Below, in pieces: positions 41,821 to 54,803 of a stretch of 64,000 nt of DNA (position 1 is its first letter; the number at the start of each line of letters is the position of its first letter). This DNA comes from Octopus sinensis (lineage: Eukaryota). The stretch lies in NCBI RefSeq assembly GCF_006345805.1, contig NC_043013.1, positions 35,774,001 through 35,838,000 of the forward strand. Reading direction: 5' to 3'. Under the pieces are notes generated by a model. It worked only from the letters and a program-made list of their open reading frames with translations, searched no databases and was not told the DNA's origin. A program made the translations under genes and the position numbers.

Positions 41821-41971
41821 TTGTATTAATTACCACATGTTGTTTAATTGCAGTTTCTGGCTTAAGTCATATAGAAATCTGTATTTTTCAATATACTCTG
41901 ATGGGATGGATGCATGTATGTAGTGTGTGTGTGTGTGTGTGCGTGTGTGTGCGTGCTTGTGTGTGTGTGTG

Positions 41972-42009
<38 letters not shown>

Positions 42010-42229
42010 GTGTGTGTTTCTGAGCGAGTTGGCAAAGTCTAGCTAATGTACACGTGCAACGTATGTGAAAACATATGTGCCCGATCATGTAGGTAGCTTA
42101 TGCTCTCATCTTTCCTCCCCTCTGCGTCTCAGTCTGGGCGAATGTGTGTGTTTGTGTATGTGTGTGAATGTGTGTGTGTGTGTATGTAAGTATGTACAGA
42201 TATGCATAAACACACATATAATGATTTAT

Positions 42230-42265
<36 letters not shown>

Positions 42266-42631
42266 CGATATATGTGTGTGAGTGTGAGTGTATATATATA
42301 AGTATGTGTGTGCATATGTATTTCTATGTGTATGTGTGTGTATGTGTGTGTGTGTGTGTAAATTAATTCACTCTCTGACATATATGTATACAGGTAGATA
42401 GATAGATAGATAAATATACAAGCATATATATCTGTGTTTGTATGCATGAGTTTGTGTGTGTGTGTGTGTGTGTGTGTGCAAGTATAAAAATGTTTGTGTA
42501 CATATCTATCTATCTATCTATCTGTATACATACATATATATATATATACATGTATGTATGCATGTTTCTACATATAAATATGTATATGTATATGAATGGT
42601 GTGTGTATGTATGTGTGTGTGTATATGCATA

Positions 42632-42678
<47 letters not shown>

Positions 42679-42706
42679 GCATATATATATATATATACAT
42701 ATGCAT

Positions 42707-42737
<31 letters not shown>

Positions 42738-42923
42738 GTATTATATATATATACATACATATGCATATATATATACACATATATATACATATACATATGT
42801 ATATACATATACACACATACACACACATGCATACATACATACATACGTATATATATACATATATATATATATATATGTATGTATGTATACTTTTTTAGTT
42901 GGTTTTTCTCATATGTGCATATG

Positions 42924-42955
<32 letters not shown>

Positions 42956-43217
42956 GCCTGTACTCTATCTGTGGTCTGTGGGTGTTGTGGTTTACTTACA
43001 TAAACACTGATGTGCTGAATACATACTTGTGGTAAGCCATGTAGAGTACATCAGGTGTGTATATCTAGCTGATGATGGCTATATAATTAAAACCATACCA
43101 AGCTTTATGATTGGTTGGATGTTAGAAATCTTTAATGAATGTGAAGCTGAGTTATACAAAGATGTGGAGAGAGACTCACACAGTCATTTATCATTTAATC
43201 ATACATCTCATTATCAC

Positions 43218-43852
43218 CTTTTCTCTCTGCCTCTGCTTCTATGTCTCTCTCTGTTTCTCTCACCATTTCTCTCTTTCTCACTCTCTCTCTCTCTCACCTT
43301 TTCTCTCTTTCTCACTCTCTCTCTCTCTCTCCCTCTCTCTATGTTTCTCTTTCTTTGTCTCACTTTTTCCTCTCTTTTTCTACTTTGCTCTTTCTCTACT
43401 GATCTCTCTCTCTCTCTTTTTCTCTTTGTCTCCCTTTCTCTGCTTCACTCACTCTCTCTCTGTTTCTCTTTTTTTGTCTCCCTCCCTCCCTTTTGTCTGT
43501 CTTTCTTTTTGCCTCTCTTTTTCTGCTTTGCTCTCTCTATCCTTCTTTCTCTTTGCTTCTCTTTCTCTACTTCTCTCTCACTGTTTCTCTTTGCCTCTCT
43601 TTCTCTGCTTCATTCTCTCTCTCTCTCAGTTTCTCTTTCCCTGCCTCTCTCCCTCTTTGCCTTTCTTTCTCTGCCTCTCTCTTTTTCTGCCTCTCTTTTT
43701 TGTCTTTCTTTATTTCTATTTCTTTCACTCTCTACCTCTCCGTTTCTCTCTCTTATTTGTCTCAGTCTCTGTCTGCCTGTCTGTCTGTCTCTCTCTCACT
43801 CTCTTCTCTCTCTCCCTCTCTTCTCTCTTCCACTCTCTCTCACTCTCAATCT
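43218..43852. repeat. CT-rich polypyrimidine tract
   Basis: ~630 bp of imperfect (CT)n/(CTTT)n; source of L/S/F-rich pseudo-ORFs. Confidence 0.95.
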
Positions 43853-44246
43853 CAAGAAGCAGAATATCTCTAGGATGATGACAAATGGCCACAAGGAATG
43901 GCAACACGCTAACTCTTGACAAAACACACTCACTATTGAGCAAGTTTAGCCAAAAGTATACTAACAATGACTGGGATGCTCTTGCTGCAGCTCACCTGCA
44001 GCTTCTGCCCTGCCTTTCTACAGCTTTCAACTTTTATTTCCCACCACACCCATACTTCTCTTTCTTTATCATTTCTCTTCAGCCTCCCCATCCAGTATGC
44101 TTTGATTCTTTTTATCCTCTGCCTTACTTCTTGTCTATCCTCCTTTCTTTCTTTCCCTCTCTGAATTTGCTCAAAACTCTACATATTCACAATCTTTTCT
44201 CCCTTCATCTTCTATGGTATTCTTCCGCTGCTCCATCTCCCCCTGC

Positions 44247-44827
44247 ATTCAACCACTGCAGCCCCAGCCTCTGCCTTGATTGGGCCTCAAGGAAGCAAAG
44301 TGGGTGAGTTTCTTTCAAGCGATGGGCCCCACGGAGGCTAAGTGGCTGAATTCCTTATTTCTTTATTGCCCACAAGGGGCTAAACATAGAGGGGACAAAC
44401 AAGGACAGAAAATGGATTAAGTCGATTACATTGACCCCAGTGAGTAAGTAGTACTTAATTTATCGACTCCAAAAGGATGAAAAGCAAATTCGACCTCGGT
44501 GGAATTTGAACTCAAAACGTAGTGGCATACGAAATACTGCTAAGCAATTCATCCGGTGTGCTAACGTTTCTGCCAGCTCACCGCTTAAGTGGCTGAATTC
44601 CTTTTGAGTGTTGGGCCTCATGAAGGCAATGACTAAGACCTTTGGTATTATGTCGTATTTGAGAAGAAGACCCATCAAGCGAAGCAAAATCACAATTGTG
44701 GTAGATACCGGTATCACACAAATTGGCACCCGTTCTAGTGGCACATAAATGCACCCATTACACTCTCAGAGTGGTTGGCATTAGGAAGGGCATCCAGTTG
44801 AAGAAAACAATGCCAAATTACACTGGA
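44247..44827 (+). mobile_element. Family E-type element with HDV-like 5' fold, interrupted by family D SINE (44357-44585, minus)
   Basis: TSD TAAGTGGCTGAATTCCTT 44339-44356 / 44586-44603; E signature gtggttggcattaggaagggcatcc at ~44771-44795. Confidence 0.75.
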
Positions 44828-45087
44828 GTTTGCTCGTGAAATTAACGTGCAAGTGGCTGAGCACTCCATAGAGACGCATACCCTTAATGATTTCTCAGGG
44901 AGATGCAGCCTTAGACAGAGTGTGACAAGGCTGGCCCTTTGAAATACAGGTACTACTCATTTTCGCCAGCTGAGAGAACTGGAGCAACATGAAAATAAAG
45001 TGTCTTGCTCAAGGACACAACACGTCTCAGGAAATTGAACTCACGACCTTACGACCTCACGACCTTGCGCCAAATATCCCAACCATA
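44828..45087 (-). mobile_element. SINE family A; family C fragment at 45432-45625
   Basis: Minus: gtgtccttgagcaagacactttattttcatgttgctccag...gaaatcattaagggta. Confidence 0.8.
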
Positions 45088-45699
45088 TATATATCTTGTA
45101 TTTTCCTTGAGCGTGGATCTAATTCTAATAGAAATTAATAGCTAAAGTATCCGTACACATAAGACTGTCATCATTGAACATATAAATAGCACAAAAAAGT
45201 TTTAATAAGGTTACTGCATTTTAAGAATCAATTATTCTTTGACAAACTTGTCAAAAAGCACTTCTCTAGATTTTTTGATAAGTTTGTCCGTGTAGTAAGT
45301 TGAGTTTAACCAAAATCTTTCCATTTCATTCCGAGTCTTTTATGCATTAAAGACCAAAACTATGAAATTCCTACAGGCGTGCTTATAAATATTTAATTCG
45401 CAATTTTTTTCTCTATGTTTTTCCTTAATTTATCTTCTATCTTTTACCTGTTTCAATCTTTTAGACTGTGGCCATGCTGGGGCACTGCCTTGAAAAGTGT
45501 TAGTCAAATTCATCGATCCCCGTATTTATTTTTTTAAAAGCCTGGTACTTATTCTGTTGGTGTCCTTTGTTGGACAGCTAAGTTATGAAGAAGAATACAC
45601 ACCAACACTCTTTGCCAAATGGTGGGAAGATGTAGACGCGAGCGCACGTGCCCACACACACACATATACGTATGTATATGTTTCTGTGTATAAATAAAA

Positions 45700-47060
45700 G
45701 AAAATAGCACTTAGTTCAATCAGCAGAGCTTATAAATATAATTAAGCAGCCAGTGTTTAATTATTCCACTAGCTGATAATGAATAGCTAATAAAGTTTCC
45801 AAAATACGCAAATAAAGTAAACCAGGATTTTTCAGATTCAATTCTTAAGCAGATATTTATCTCCTTAGTGGCCGACTGCGTTGTTCCTCAGCAGTGTTAA
45901 GTAAGATTGTTTTTTATTGGTTGGTCAATAACGAAGGTGATGTCGCTTTGTGTGATTTCTAATCGATAATTTGTAGAATTTGTGGTGCTTATCTTGAGAT
46001 ATGTAATAGTCGAAAAGATCTCTAGAAGAAACGCTTTTCTGGGGCGTCAGCTAGCGAATAGCTCGGACTTTCTATTGATGAATATCACAAGCTAGTTTAG
46101 TATTCGGAACTTTTCAGGTTTGCAAAGTTTACGGTGACACAATACGTTTAAATATAGAGTGAATCTTTTCATAATATTCTAAGTTAGTAGTGGATAGTGT
46201 TGTCCTTGGTTCTTGCTCTATCAGATAATTCGGGACAATACATGAATTTTCCATGTTCAGAGATCAAGCTGAGTATAGATGTTGATTGCAACCTCACTTG
46301 AAGTAGTTTGTAAGGTGTGCCATTACTCAGACATCGTCAGCTATTGTCACTGATGTTTGATATATTCGCCTTTTAGAGAGTTATGTACCTTAAGTTAGCA
46401 AGTAGATTAATTTCAATAACTGTAAGATTGCTGTTGGAGGGATGGATATAAAAATGCGCTTCTAATTGTTACATTCAATGATGGAAGCAATTTTGTTTAG
46501 GCAAGAATTGCTAACCTGGACATTGTGTTCCTAAAAAAGCTTATGGTATCTGTGCGTTGGTTGAAAGTGGTACTTTCCAAAGGATAGGAAGTTTCTTGTT
46601 CAATCAAGAAACGTCTAAAATACGAGAGGGATTAAACCATATAACTTTCTTCTTCCTAATTCTTTTCTGATTTTAAGTGTTTATCATATCCTCTGTCAAA
46701 TCATACTTTACACTGAAGCAAGTCCTTCGTTGTAAAAGAAGGCTGCTCTCTCGAAATCGATTTTGTCTGAGCTTAGATGGAAAACTCTCTCTTGATACAG
46801 GCTTCAAAGTTTATAAATATTGCGGATGTAGTCCGAATTTTGGTGGGTGTATACAGGCTCTTCAACTGGTTTTCCGTAAGGGAAGCACTCACCTGTCTTA
46901 AATTCTAATATAATACCTAGAATGTTAGCCATCGTTAGGTAGATAGTAACAGTTATATATAAACGACACTTCTTAAAGAATTTTATGTGTGTGATTGAGA
47001 AACCATCATCTCTGTGCAACATTCAACTTTCAATGCCCGATAAAATAATACCAATATGAA
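45700..47060 (-). pseudogene. Penelope-like element, Naiad-type RT C-half + GIY-YIG region, degenerate
   Basis: LHRDDGF...KTGECFPYGKPVEEPVYTHQNS, RKKKVIWFNPS, HFQPTHRYHKLF...VSNSC, LLN...DKYLLKN match Naiad-type LYRDDGL / PYRKP / IIWFNPP / HKIFNRNTVKVSYSC motifs. Confidence 0.8.
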
Positions 47061-47142
47061 CGTATTTAATTCTCCCTTTCCTTGGCGTAGTTGCACTCTA
47101 CACTAGCACGCTCATACACTGATATTATTACATGTGTGTATT

Positions 47143-47540
47143 AAGGCGGTGAGCAGGCAGAAACGTTAGCACGCCGGGCGAAATGCTTAGCAGTATTTCG
47201 TCTGTCGCTACATTTGAGTTCAAATTCCGCCGAGGTCGACTTTGCCTTTCATCCTTTCGGGATCGATTAAATAAGTACCAGTTACACACTGGGGGCGACA
47301 TAATCGACTTGATCCGTTTGTCTGTCATTGTTTGTCCTCTCTATGTTTAGTCCCTTGTGGGTAGTAAAGAAATAGGTACTTCATCCGTTTTTATCCACTG
47401 ATTTCAAACTGCGCCGAGGTCGACTTTACCTTTCATCATTTCAAAGACGACGAAATAAGTACCCGTTGCGATGTACCCGATGTGATCGGCTTGCCCGTCA
47501 ATGCAAATTTTAGGGCTTGTGCCTACAATAGAAATAATTA
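47143..47540 (+). mobile_element. Family D dimer: Tx1-tail copy followed by a 5'-truncated copy with the alternative tail
   Basis: Complete monomer to ~47373, then resumes mid-head at ggtacttcatccg. Confidence 0.85.
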
Positions 47541-47826
47541 TTATGTATTTGTGTGTGTATGTAAGAATATAAGTTTGTTGGAACAAATGCAATAGCGATA
47601 ACCTGTGAGGATAAATATGCATACATACATGTGTGTGTGCGTGCATTGGACCGTTAAACTCTACAAATTTTTTTGTTCTCTCTGTTTATTTTCTCTTATT
47701 CCTTTCTGTTGAACAGCGTAAACTTGAAACGTAAAACACTTTTTCATTTTTCCCCGAGTGTCAAACTAATACACTTGCTTGTTGTTCACACACTTGTCTT
47801 CCTCTTTTGCTTTTCTATAAATTTAA

Positions 47827-47861
<35 letters not shown>

Positions 47862-49100
47862 ACATTTCTTTGTACATGTTGGTAATACAAATTTGATAAG
47901 TCTCGATGCAAATAAGTAGACTGATATAATTTTTAGCTTAAGCTTAGAGTTTTTGTCCTTCGAATCTCCAGATTTAATGAAATTATTTAAGGACAACCGC
48001 ATACAAGTCTATCATGTCCGTTAACTGTTTTGAAATCGTTTAAAAGTGTACTAGGTATTTGATTGGTTATGAAACCCTACAGAATGACATGAATTCAAAA
48101 ATTGGAAAATGTATGAATGAAACGTTAAGGAAAGAACAATTGTACAATAGCCTTGATACATAAAAAGATATGTATGCGATGTGTAAACAATACAGAAACC
48201 AATTAAATATATTTGTAATGTTTATACGTTATTTTTATTTCCAGTTTGATATGATTTATAATATGCAAAAAGGATTCTTTTTTCTTTAATACTTCATTTA
48301 TAAAGTGATGCAGAGTACTTCGATCTGTGGCGGCAGAAAGAAAGCTTAACTTACAATTCATATTGCGACTATTTCCGAAGAGGATAGTATTTTTTCTGAT
48401 ATGCACAGCCTGCAAGTCATTACTGATTTTTTTGTGTGGTTCTGCACAGTTCAGAATATGACAATATTCCCGCTACACATGTAATGTCAAAATCCAATTG
48501 CTTGTTTTCCAAAAACCAAAGGAACTTTGCTAAGTATGCACCTGATTGTCAATCAGTGTTTCTAAATGTTTACACGCGCGCTCGCTCGTACGTACGTATG
48601 TATGTAACTAAGTTTCTTTTATGCAGGGTTATAAAAGCAGTCAAATATAATTGAAGAATTACTCAATAATTTTAAGTAGATCCTCATATATACTTTCACA
48701 AAGAAAAGGATGGCAGTGTTTCCAAAGATTTGTCTTAAGTGCATTCGCTAGGATATTTCGTTTATATAGCTCTACATCGTTTAAAATATTCCATGGAGTG
48801 CCTAGATCGAATTCGTTGGTTTCAAAATCTAAATAACGTTTGCAAAGTAGGTGTCTCAGTGATAATTATCTACCACGGTTTCTTGATGTTTACATATGGT
48901 GATTGAACCTTATTTTGAACGAATTTGCAGCAAAACTTATGTATCTTCGAATATTTGAATTGTATTTTCTCTAACTTTATATAGACAATTTCACTCTATC
49001 ATATGTACAGTTATTAGGCATTACACACACACACACATATACAAAACGGATACACGTAAACACGCGCGCATATTCACTAACACACACTCATAGATACTAG

Positions 49101-49135
<35 letters not shown>

Positions 49136-49483
49136 CGTAGGTAAGTATTTTCTACTATAGCCTTGGAATTTCCAAGGCATTCTGAGTAAAATTGGTAAAC
49201 GTGATCTGTGCGGAGGATCGTTGCATATATACGCATGCGCGTGTGTTTGTGGTATGTTTTCAAGTGTCTGATTTTCTATCTCGTGTTATAGCGGTTCAAC
49301 GAAAAGATCGCTAAAATAAGCACCAGATTTATAAGTAAATACTAGAGTGAAAATGATCCAGCACAATCATTTAAGGTGCTGCACCAGCATAGCTGCAGTC
49401 CAATGATTGGAACAAGCAAAATGAAAACGTGAAAACACAAATTATACACACACGCACGCACACAGACATACGCACTTACACAT

Positions 49484-49547
<64 letters not shown>

Positions 49548-49561
49548 GTGTATATATATAT

Positions 49562-49608
<47 letters not shown>

Positions 49609-49761
49609 CATACATATACGTATATGTACATATTTATATACACATATATATAAACGCTCATGCACACACATATGGATGGAAGCACGCATGTCGTGTGTCC
49701 ATATAAATGCGCATAATAAAATCGAAAGTTTTTGCAAGAAACAGAGAAACTACAGTTTATT

Positions 49762-49792
<31 letters not shown>

Positions 49793-49905
49793 GTCTGTCT
49801 GTCTGCCTATCTGTCTGTCTGTCTATGTAGCCAACTATGTATCTATCTATCTATTTCTTTCTCTCTTTATGCATGTATGTATGTACGTATTTATATATTT
49901 GTATG

Positions 49906-49941
<36 letters not shown>

Positions 49942-50561
49942 TGTATGCATGCATGTATGTAAGTATATCTTAGTCAGCATTTGTGGTAGAAAGAGAAAAC
50001 GTATACATTGAAAATCAAAGAGTGGGAACACGCATGCCTGAATATATATCTGTATGCCCTTTGTGTAAGTGAGTGTGTGTTCTTGCGTCTATGTGCATGT
50101 GCGTATGTGTGCATAGGTCAGTATGTATATATGTATACATATATGTATGTGTTAGATATGCATGTGTGTGTATGCATGGGAGATAATGCGTGCAGAGAAA
50201 TATGGTTCTATTTTGAGGTAAACTAACCTGAGTTCTCAAAATAGAAATATCTAAAAAGAAACAGTAGACACCAAATATTACTGGGTGGTGGTTAAAGAGA
50301 GATAGAGAGGGTGGAGAGAGAGAGAGAGAGAGGTGACGGGAGAGAGAATAAAGAGCGTGGTCGAGGTCGGAGGGGGAAGTGGTAGGATAGATTTTTAATG
50401 AGTTTCACAGATTTCAACACAAATAGAGACAAGTTTTTTTAAAATCCTATTCGCATGTAAATTATAAGAACGTACATGTATGAGTTTTGTATATATACAT
50501 AAATATGTATGTATGTTTTTATAAGAATATGCATGAATATAATATGTGTATATATATATAT

Positions 50562-50626
<65 letters not shown>

Positions 50627-51534
50627 GTACAAACACATATACGTACACATATACATACGTACATAATACATATGTGTATAATACATGTGTACGTTTAAGT
50701 ATAGATACACTCATATAAATACGTACATCTGTATGTGTGTATGTATATAGATAGATAAATAGATAGATATGCATACATACACATGTATATATGCATATAT
50801 ATATGTGTGTATATATATATATACATGTTTGTATATACACACATATATGTGTTTGCTTTTATATAAATACTTATATATGTATGCTTATGTATATATGTGG
50901 ATGTATGTGTGTATACACATATATATATAATGAACTAAGGGAAATAACTCAAGTGAGCCAGTGGCATGAATTTAAATAAATTAAAGAGGTCATTTATCAA
51001 ATGCATACGTCATTCGGTACGTCACCTCTTAATTTACATACCTCAGTTCATGTAATTAACACACATCATTTATTTTCTAGCTCATTATATTTTCGAATTT
51101 TTCAGATTACCACTAGTCCTGCTTAACTAACTCCTATATATCTGAATGCATCTGGCAAATAATACTTGCAGCCTTTAGCTGATGACTGAAATTCTGATGA
51201 ACTTTTAAAAGACCGAAATATATCTATTGGTCTTGCCTTGCCGTAAAGCAAATTTCAGGTTTAATCTTTTGTATGCAAAATAATTTTGCGACATTATTTC
51301 TCAATTTTGCGAAATGAAACTTAGCGGTAATTGCCACTATGTTTATATTTTGTTTCTCGAACTAGAAGGTAAATTTTAATTAATTGAGAAATTTTAACAA
51401 ATGTTAGCAATTTGTATGTACAATGTAACGTCAAAGAAAATCTTAAACAGGAGCAGAAAAGCTCACAGAGAATAAACTAAATATAACAAATATATATTTC
51501 ATTTTAATGGTGGAAAATTTAAAATATAAATGGA

Positions 51535-51577
51535 GTGTTGTAACGTTTCGGACTGTAGCCCTTCTTCAGAAACAAAG
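51535..51577 (-). ncRNA. Minimal hammerhead motif of PLE type (family unrelated to B)
   Basis: Minus: TTGTTT CTGAAGA A GGGC taca GTCC GAAA CGTT ACAA. Confidence 0.6.
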
Positions 51578-52371
51578 CAAGAAACACGGGGAAAGAAAGG
51601 AAACGAGATAGTGGATGTAGTAAAAATAATTTTATTTTGAAAATTTTGGACATAGATGTGTGATTAAGTAGCTTTCATTGCAACAGCGTAGTTTCAGGTT
51701 CAGTTCCAGGCCGAAGAATTCCCTGTGATTCCTATAGAGATCATAAAAACAACTTTCAATATAGCTGCGTAAAAGATCTATGCCATGGACCTCTTCAAAG
51801 TTGTTATTAACCCAAGACAGTCTTGTATCTGGGTTCTTCTTGGTGCGCGTCTCTTATGCCTCCATATTTGAAGTGAAAAACGCTATTTCCAAATTGCTCA
51901 AGTCTTACACAAGTACAACTAATAGAAACAGGATTATCGAAAGCTGCTCTTCAATGCAAACAGAAAGCAGAGGGGCCATAATTAACGTCTACTTAACCTG
52001 CACGAAGGTGATTAAAGCAACGTTTCCGATTCTTTTATTTTCAGGGAAAGCTCGAAATTCATTCTATGTCTCAGCGAAACCTCTATCGAAAATCAGATGT
52101 ATCCTTCATCGATTTTCACCTCCCACTACCCCTGAAAAGGTCATGGCGGTAGAGTCTTCAGTCACCACCAACATAAGGTTCTATCAGAATTAACGACCGT
52201 TAGAATTTCTGGTTGGATTTCCAATTGCAGCCGACTGAGATTATGGACAACATCCAACTACCTCGCTTATATTAGTATCCAACTACCACCAACCTGGTGG
52301 AGGCTGAGGAGTCTATCCCTACGACCATCTCGAGAGTAGCGAGAGGTGAAAATCGATGTAGGAATATATCA

Positions 52372-52990
52372 ATTAATGGCTCGACCCTAAGCAACTCAGT
52401 AATCTCTGAGCTATGCACCATGTCGTGTAACGTTACTTCGGAGATTCTTCGGAGATCTTTCGGAGGACCCCATTTATCCGCTTCTATTCGCAATTGTACG
52501 CTTTCTATAAAAAAAAAAGGTGCATGGCGCAGTAGTAACAGCGCTGGGCTCACAATCATGAGGTAGTGAGTTCGATTCCTGGACCGGGCTGTGTGTTGTG
52601 TTCTTGATACTTTATTTCACATTGCTCGAGTTCACTGTGCTGTAGAAACGAGCCGCGGTGTCACTGGTACCAAGCTGTATCGGCCTCTACTTTTCCTTTG
52701 GACAACATCAGTGGCCTGGAGAAGGGAGGCTGCTATGCACGGATGACTGTTGATCTTCCATAAACAACCTTGTATGCACTTGTGCCTCGGAAGGCTAACT
52801 TCCATGGTGCAATCCCATAACCATTTATAACCGAAGAAGGTCTTTACCATTCACCCTTTCTATCATAACCCACATTCATGGCCATAGGTGAAGATAGGCA
52901 CAAACATGGAACTATTTAACTATTTTCCCAACTTCTCTTTTTCAGAAAATTGAATACAGAAGCAGACGCATTATTGTGCTGGTACCTGCA
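52372..52990 (-). pseudogene. RTE-clade RT C-terminal fragment, interrupted by a SINE
   Basis: MFVPIFTYGHE-WVMIESVQLRIEA...LRRISEVTLHDMVHSSEITELLRVEPL (cf. FVPILTYGHESWVMT...LRRIxGVTLxDKVRSSEIR). Confidence 0.75.
52509..52855 (+). mobile_element. tRNA/CORE-like SINE (family A head, different tail)
   Basis: Box A TGGCGCAGTAG, box B GAGTTCGATTCC; TSD CTTTCTAT 52501-52508 / 52856-52863. Confidence 0.8.
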
Positions 52991-54387
52991 GTTCTGTATG
53001 GTTCTTTACAAATACTTTCTTTCTTCATGCAGTTCTTTCTTAATAGTTTTCCTTCCCTTTCATAAAGTTAAATTTCAAAAGATTTTAAACAAATTGTAAA
53101 ACCATCTGTGAACGGTTTTTGCAGATGAAATCCATTTAACACTACAAAGAAGCTTTATAAGATTTCATCTTAACCTTGGCCTTGGTTAGCCCCAATTTTT
53201 TCTACAAGGCCCCTATTAAGAGATTGTTTTTCTCGTGGGGTCTCCTTACAAACTACAAATGTCACCATTTTCGAATATGCTGAATATGATGTGCGTCTAT
53301 AATGAAATTACGAGTATGGAATTAAGTATAAAAATGACCCAAAGATGCATTTGCGTACAATCAGCTTATTTATCACCATTTCATGTGGTACCTAACGACC
53401 TCTTGTAGAATCCTAGGGTTGGGAAATTCTGGACGAGAAGAAGACCAAGTCTTGTGACGTACACGCAACTAATTTTCCTGCCAACAGGGGGAAAAAATCA
53501 TAAGAAATAATTAATGATTCACCCGCGTATGTATGCATGTATATATGTATGTGCTGTGAGTGTGTATGTATATGTGTGTATATACAAAATTAAGAGGAAT
53601 GTGTGTGTATATATATATATGTGTGTGTATACATACATATATGTGTGTGTGGATGTGTAGGTGTTCATAGCTATCGTTGACACCGAATTGAAATCCCACC
53701 CCGCCAGACCCACCCAAGTCGTTCTAAAATGGTCTGCTGAGGTGAAACGAAGATATCAAATAAAATTCCGATGTTTTCATGACCTTTAAATATTTGCAAG
53801 GGATAAGTATTTTTATTTCATTTTATTTATTTTATGTTTTATTTTATTTTCCAGAGATTTTCTTTTTATTCGAATTTATTTTTTCATCATGACCATCACC
53901 ACCATCAGCAGCAGCAGCATCGTTGTCGCCGTCATCATCATCATCATCAGCATCATTGTCGTCGTCATCGTTGGCGTTGTCGTCGTTGTATTTGATTTCT
54001 GTTGAAATGCCATCATTTATACTCATACCACGTCTTAAGGACGGAAATCTTTATAGAACATTTATTTTGGCATGGATGGAGGGTGAGTGGGGCGGATGAC
54101 GAGAAGTAGTAGACATGTCTGTCTGATGGGTGATAACAGGGTTGGGCAGGTGAGACACTCAACACTTAGTTGGATAATAATATTTAACTTTTCGCAGTTA
54201 GAGTACTTTCTTAGTTGAGATACGAATATTCTTGTTTCTCTGTTGTTTTTTTTTTATGGGGAAAGAGCACATTGCAGTTGTTGTTGTTGCTGCTGCTGTT
54301 GCTGTTGTTTTTGTTGTTGTTGAATTGTCTTTAGGTCAGAGTTCGCCTGCATCAGGAATTTACTACTACTACTACTACTACTACTAC

Positions 54388-54420
<33 letters not shown>

Positions 54421-54421
<1 letters not shown>

Positions 54422-54508
54422 TTAGGAAGGTTCTTGGTATCTATGTTTATTTGTTGTAGCCTAATGTTTGGAAGTTTTTTTTCAACATCTAATCTTGAAC
54501 GTTTATGA

Positions 54509-54548
<40 letters not shown>

Positions 54549-54746
54549 TCTGTGTAATCTCAAAATTTTTAAAACAAACACATAATTTTCTTATGGTGTC
54601 TTAAACATTCTCCAGAGTAACACTATGTACAAAACCAAATATATGGCACCCTAGGCATAACACCAACATGAACTTCTAACCTGTCTCTTGAGGACTCTGG
54701 GTGAGACTTGGAACCAACTTGTACAAGTGTAAAGCAAAATATTAAC
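54421..54746 (+). mobile_element. Two short R4/Dong-type 3' ends (54421-54510, 54543-54746) separated by (TAA)n
   Basis: LRKVLGI and ILSV* C-termini; second is homologous to 56488-56743. Confidence 0.65.
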
Positions 54747-54803
54747 AATAATAATAATATAATAATAATAATAATAATGATAATAATAAATGATAATAAT
54801 AAT

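Noticed and set aside
43029-43919. 296-aa hydrophobic ORF resembling a membrane protein
   Set aside because: Translation of a (CT)n tract; all three plus frames are open.
45700-46400. Selenocysteine UGA codons in the Naiad relic
   Set aside because: The copy is too decayed (many stops and frameshifts) to distinguish recoded UGA from mutation.
51780-52193. 137-aa non-repetitive ORF
   Set aside because: No recognisable motif; overlaps an inverted-repeat arm beside TE debris.
52639-52654. Partial match to miR-993-like GCUCGUUUCUACAG on minus
   Set aside because: Lies inside a SINE core; no precursor hairpin and the mature ends do not match.
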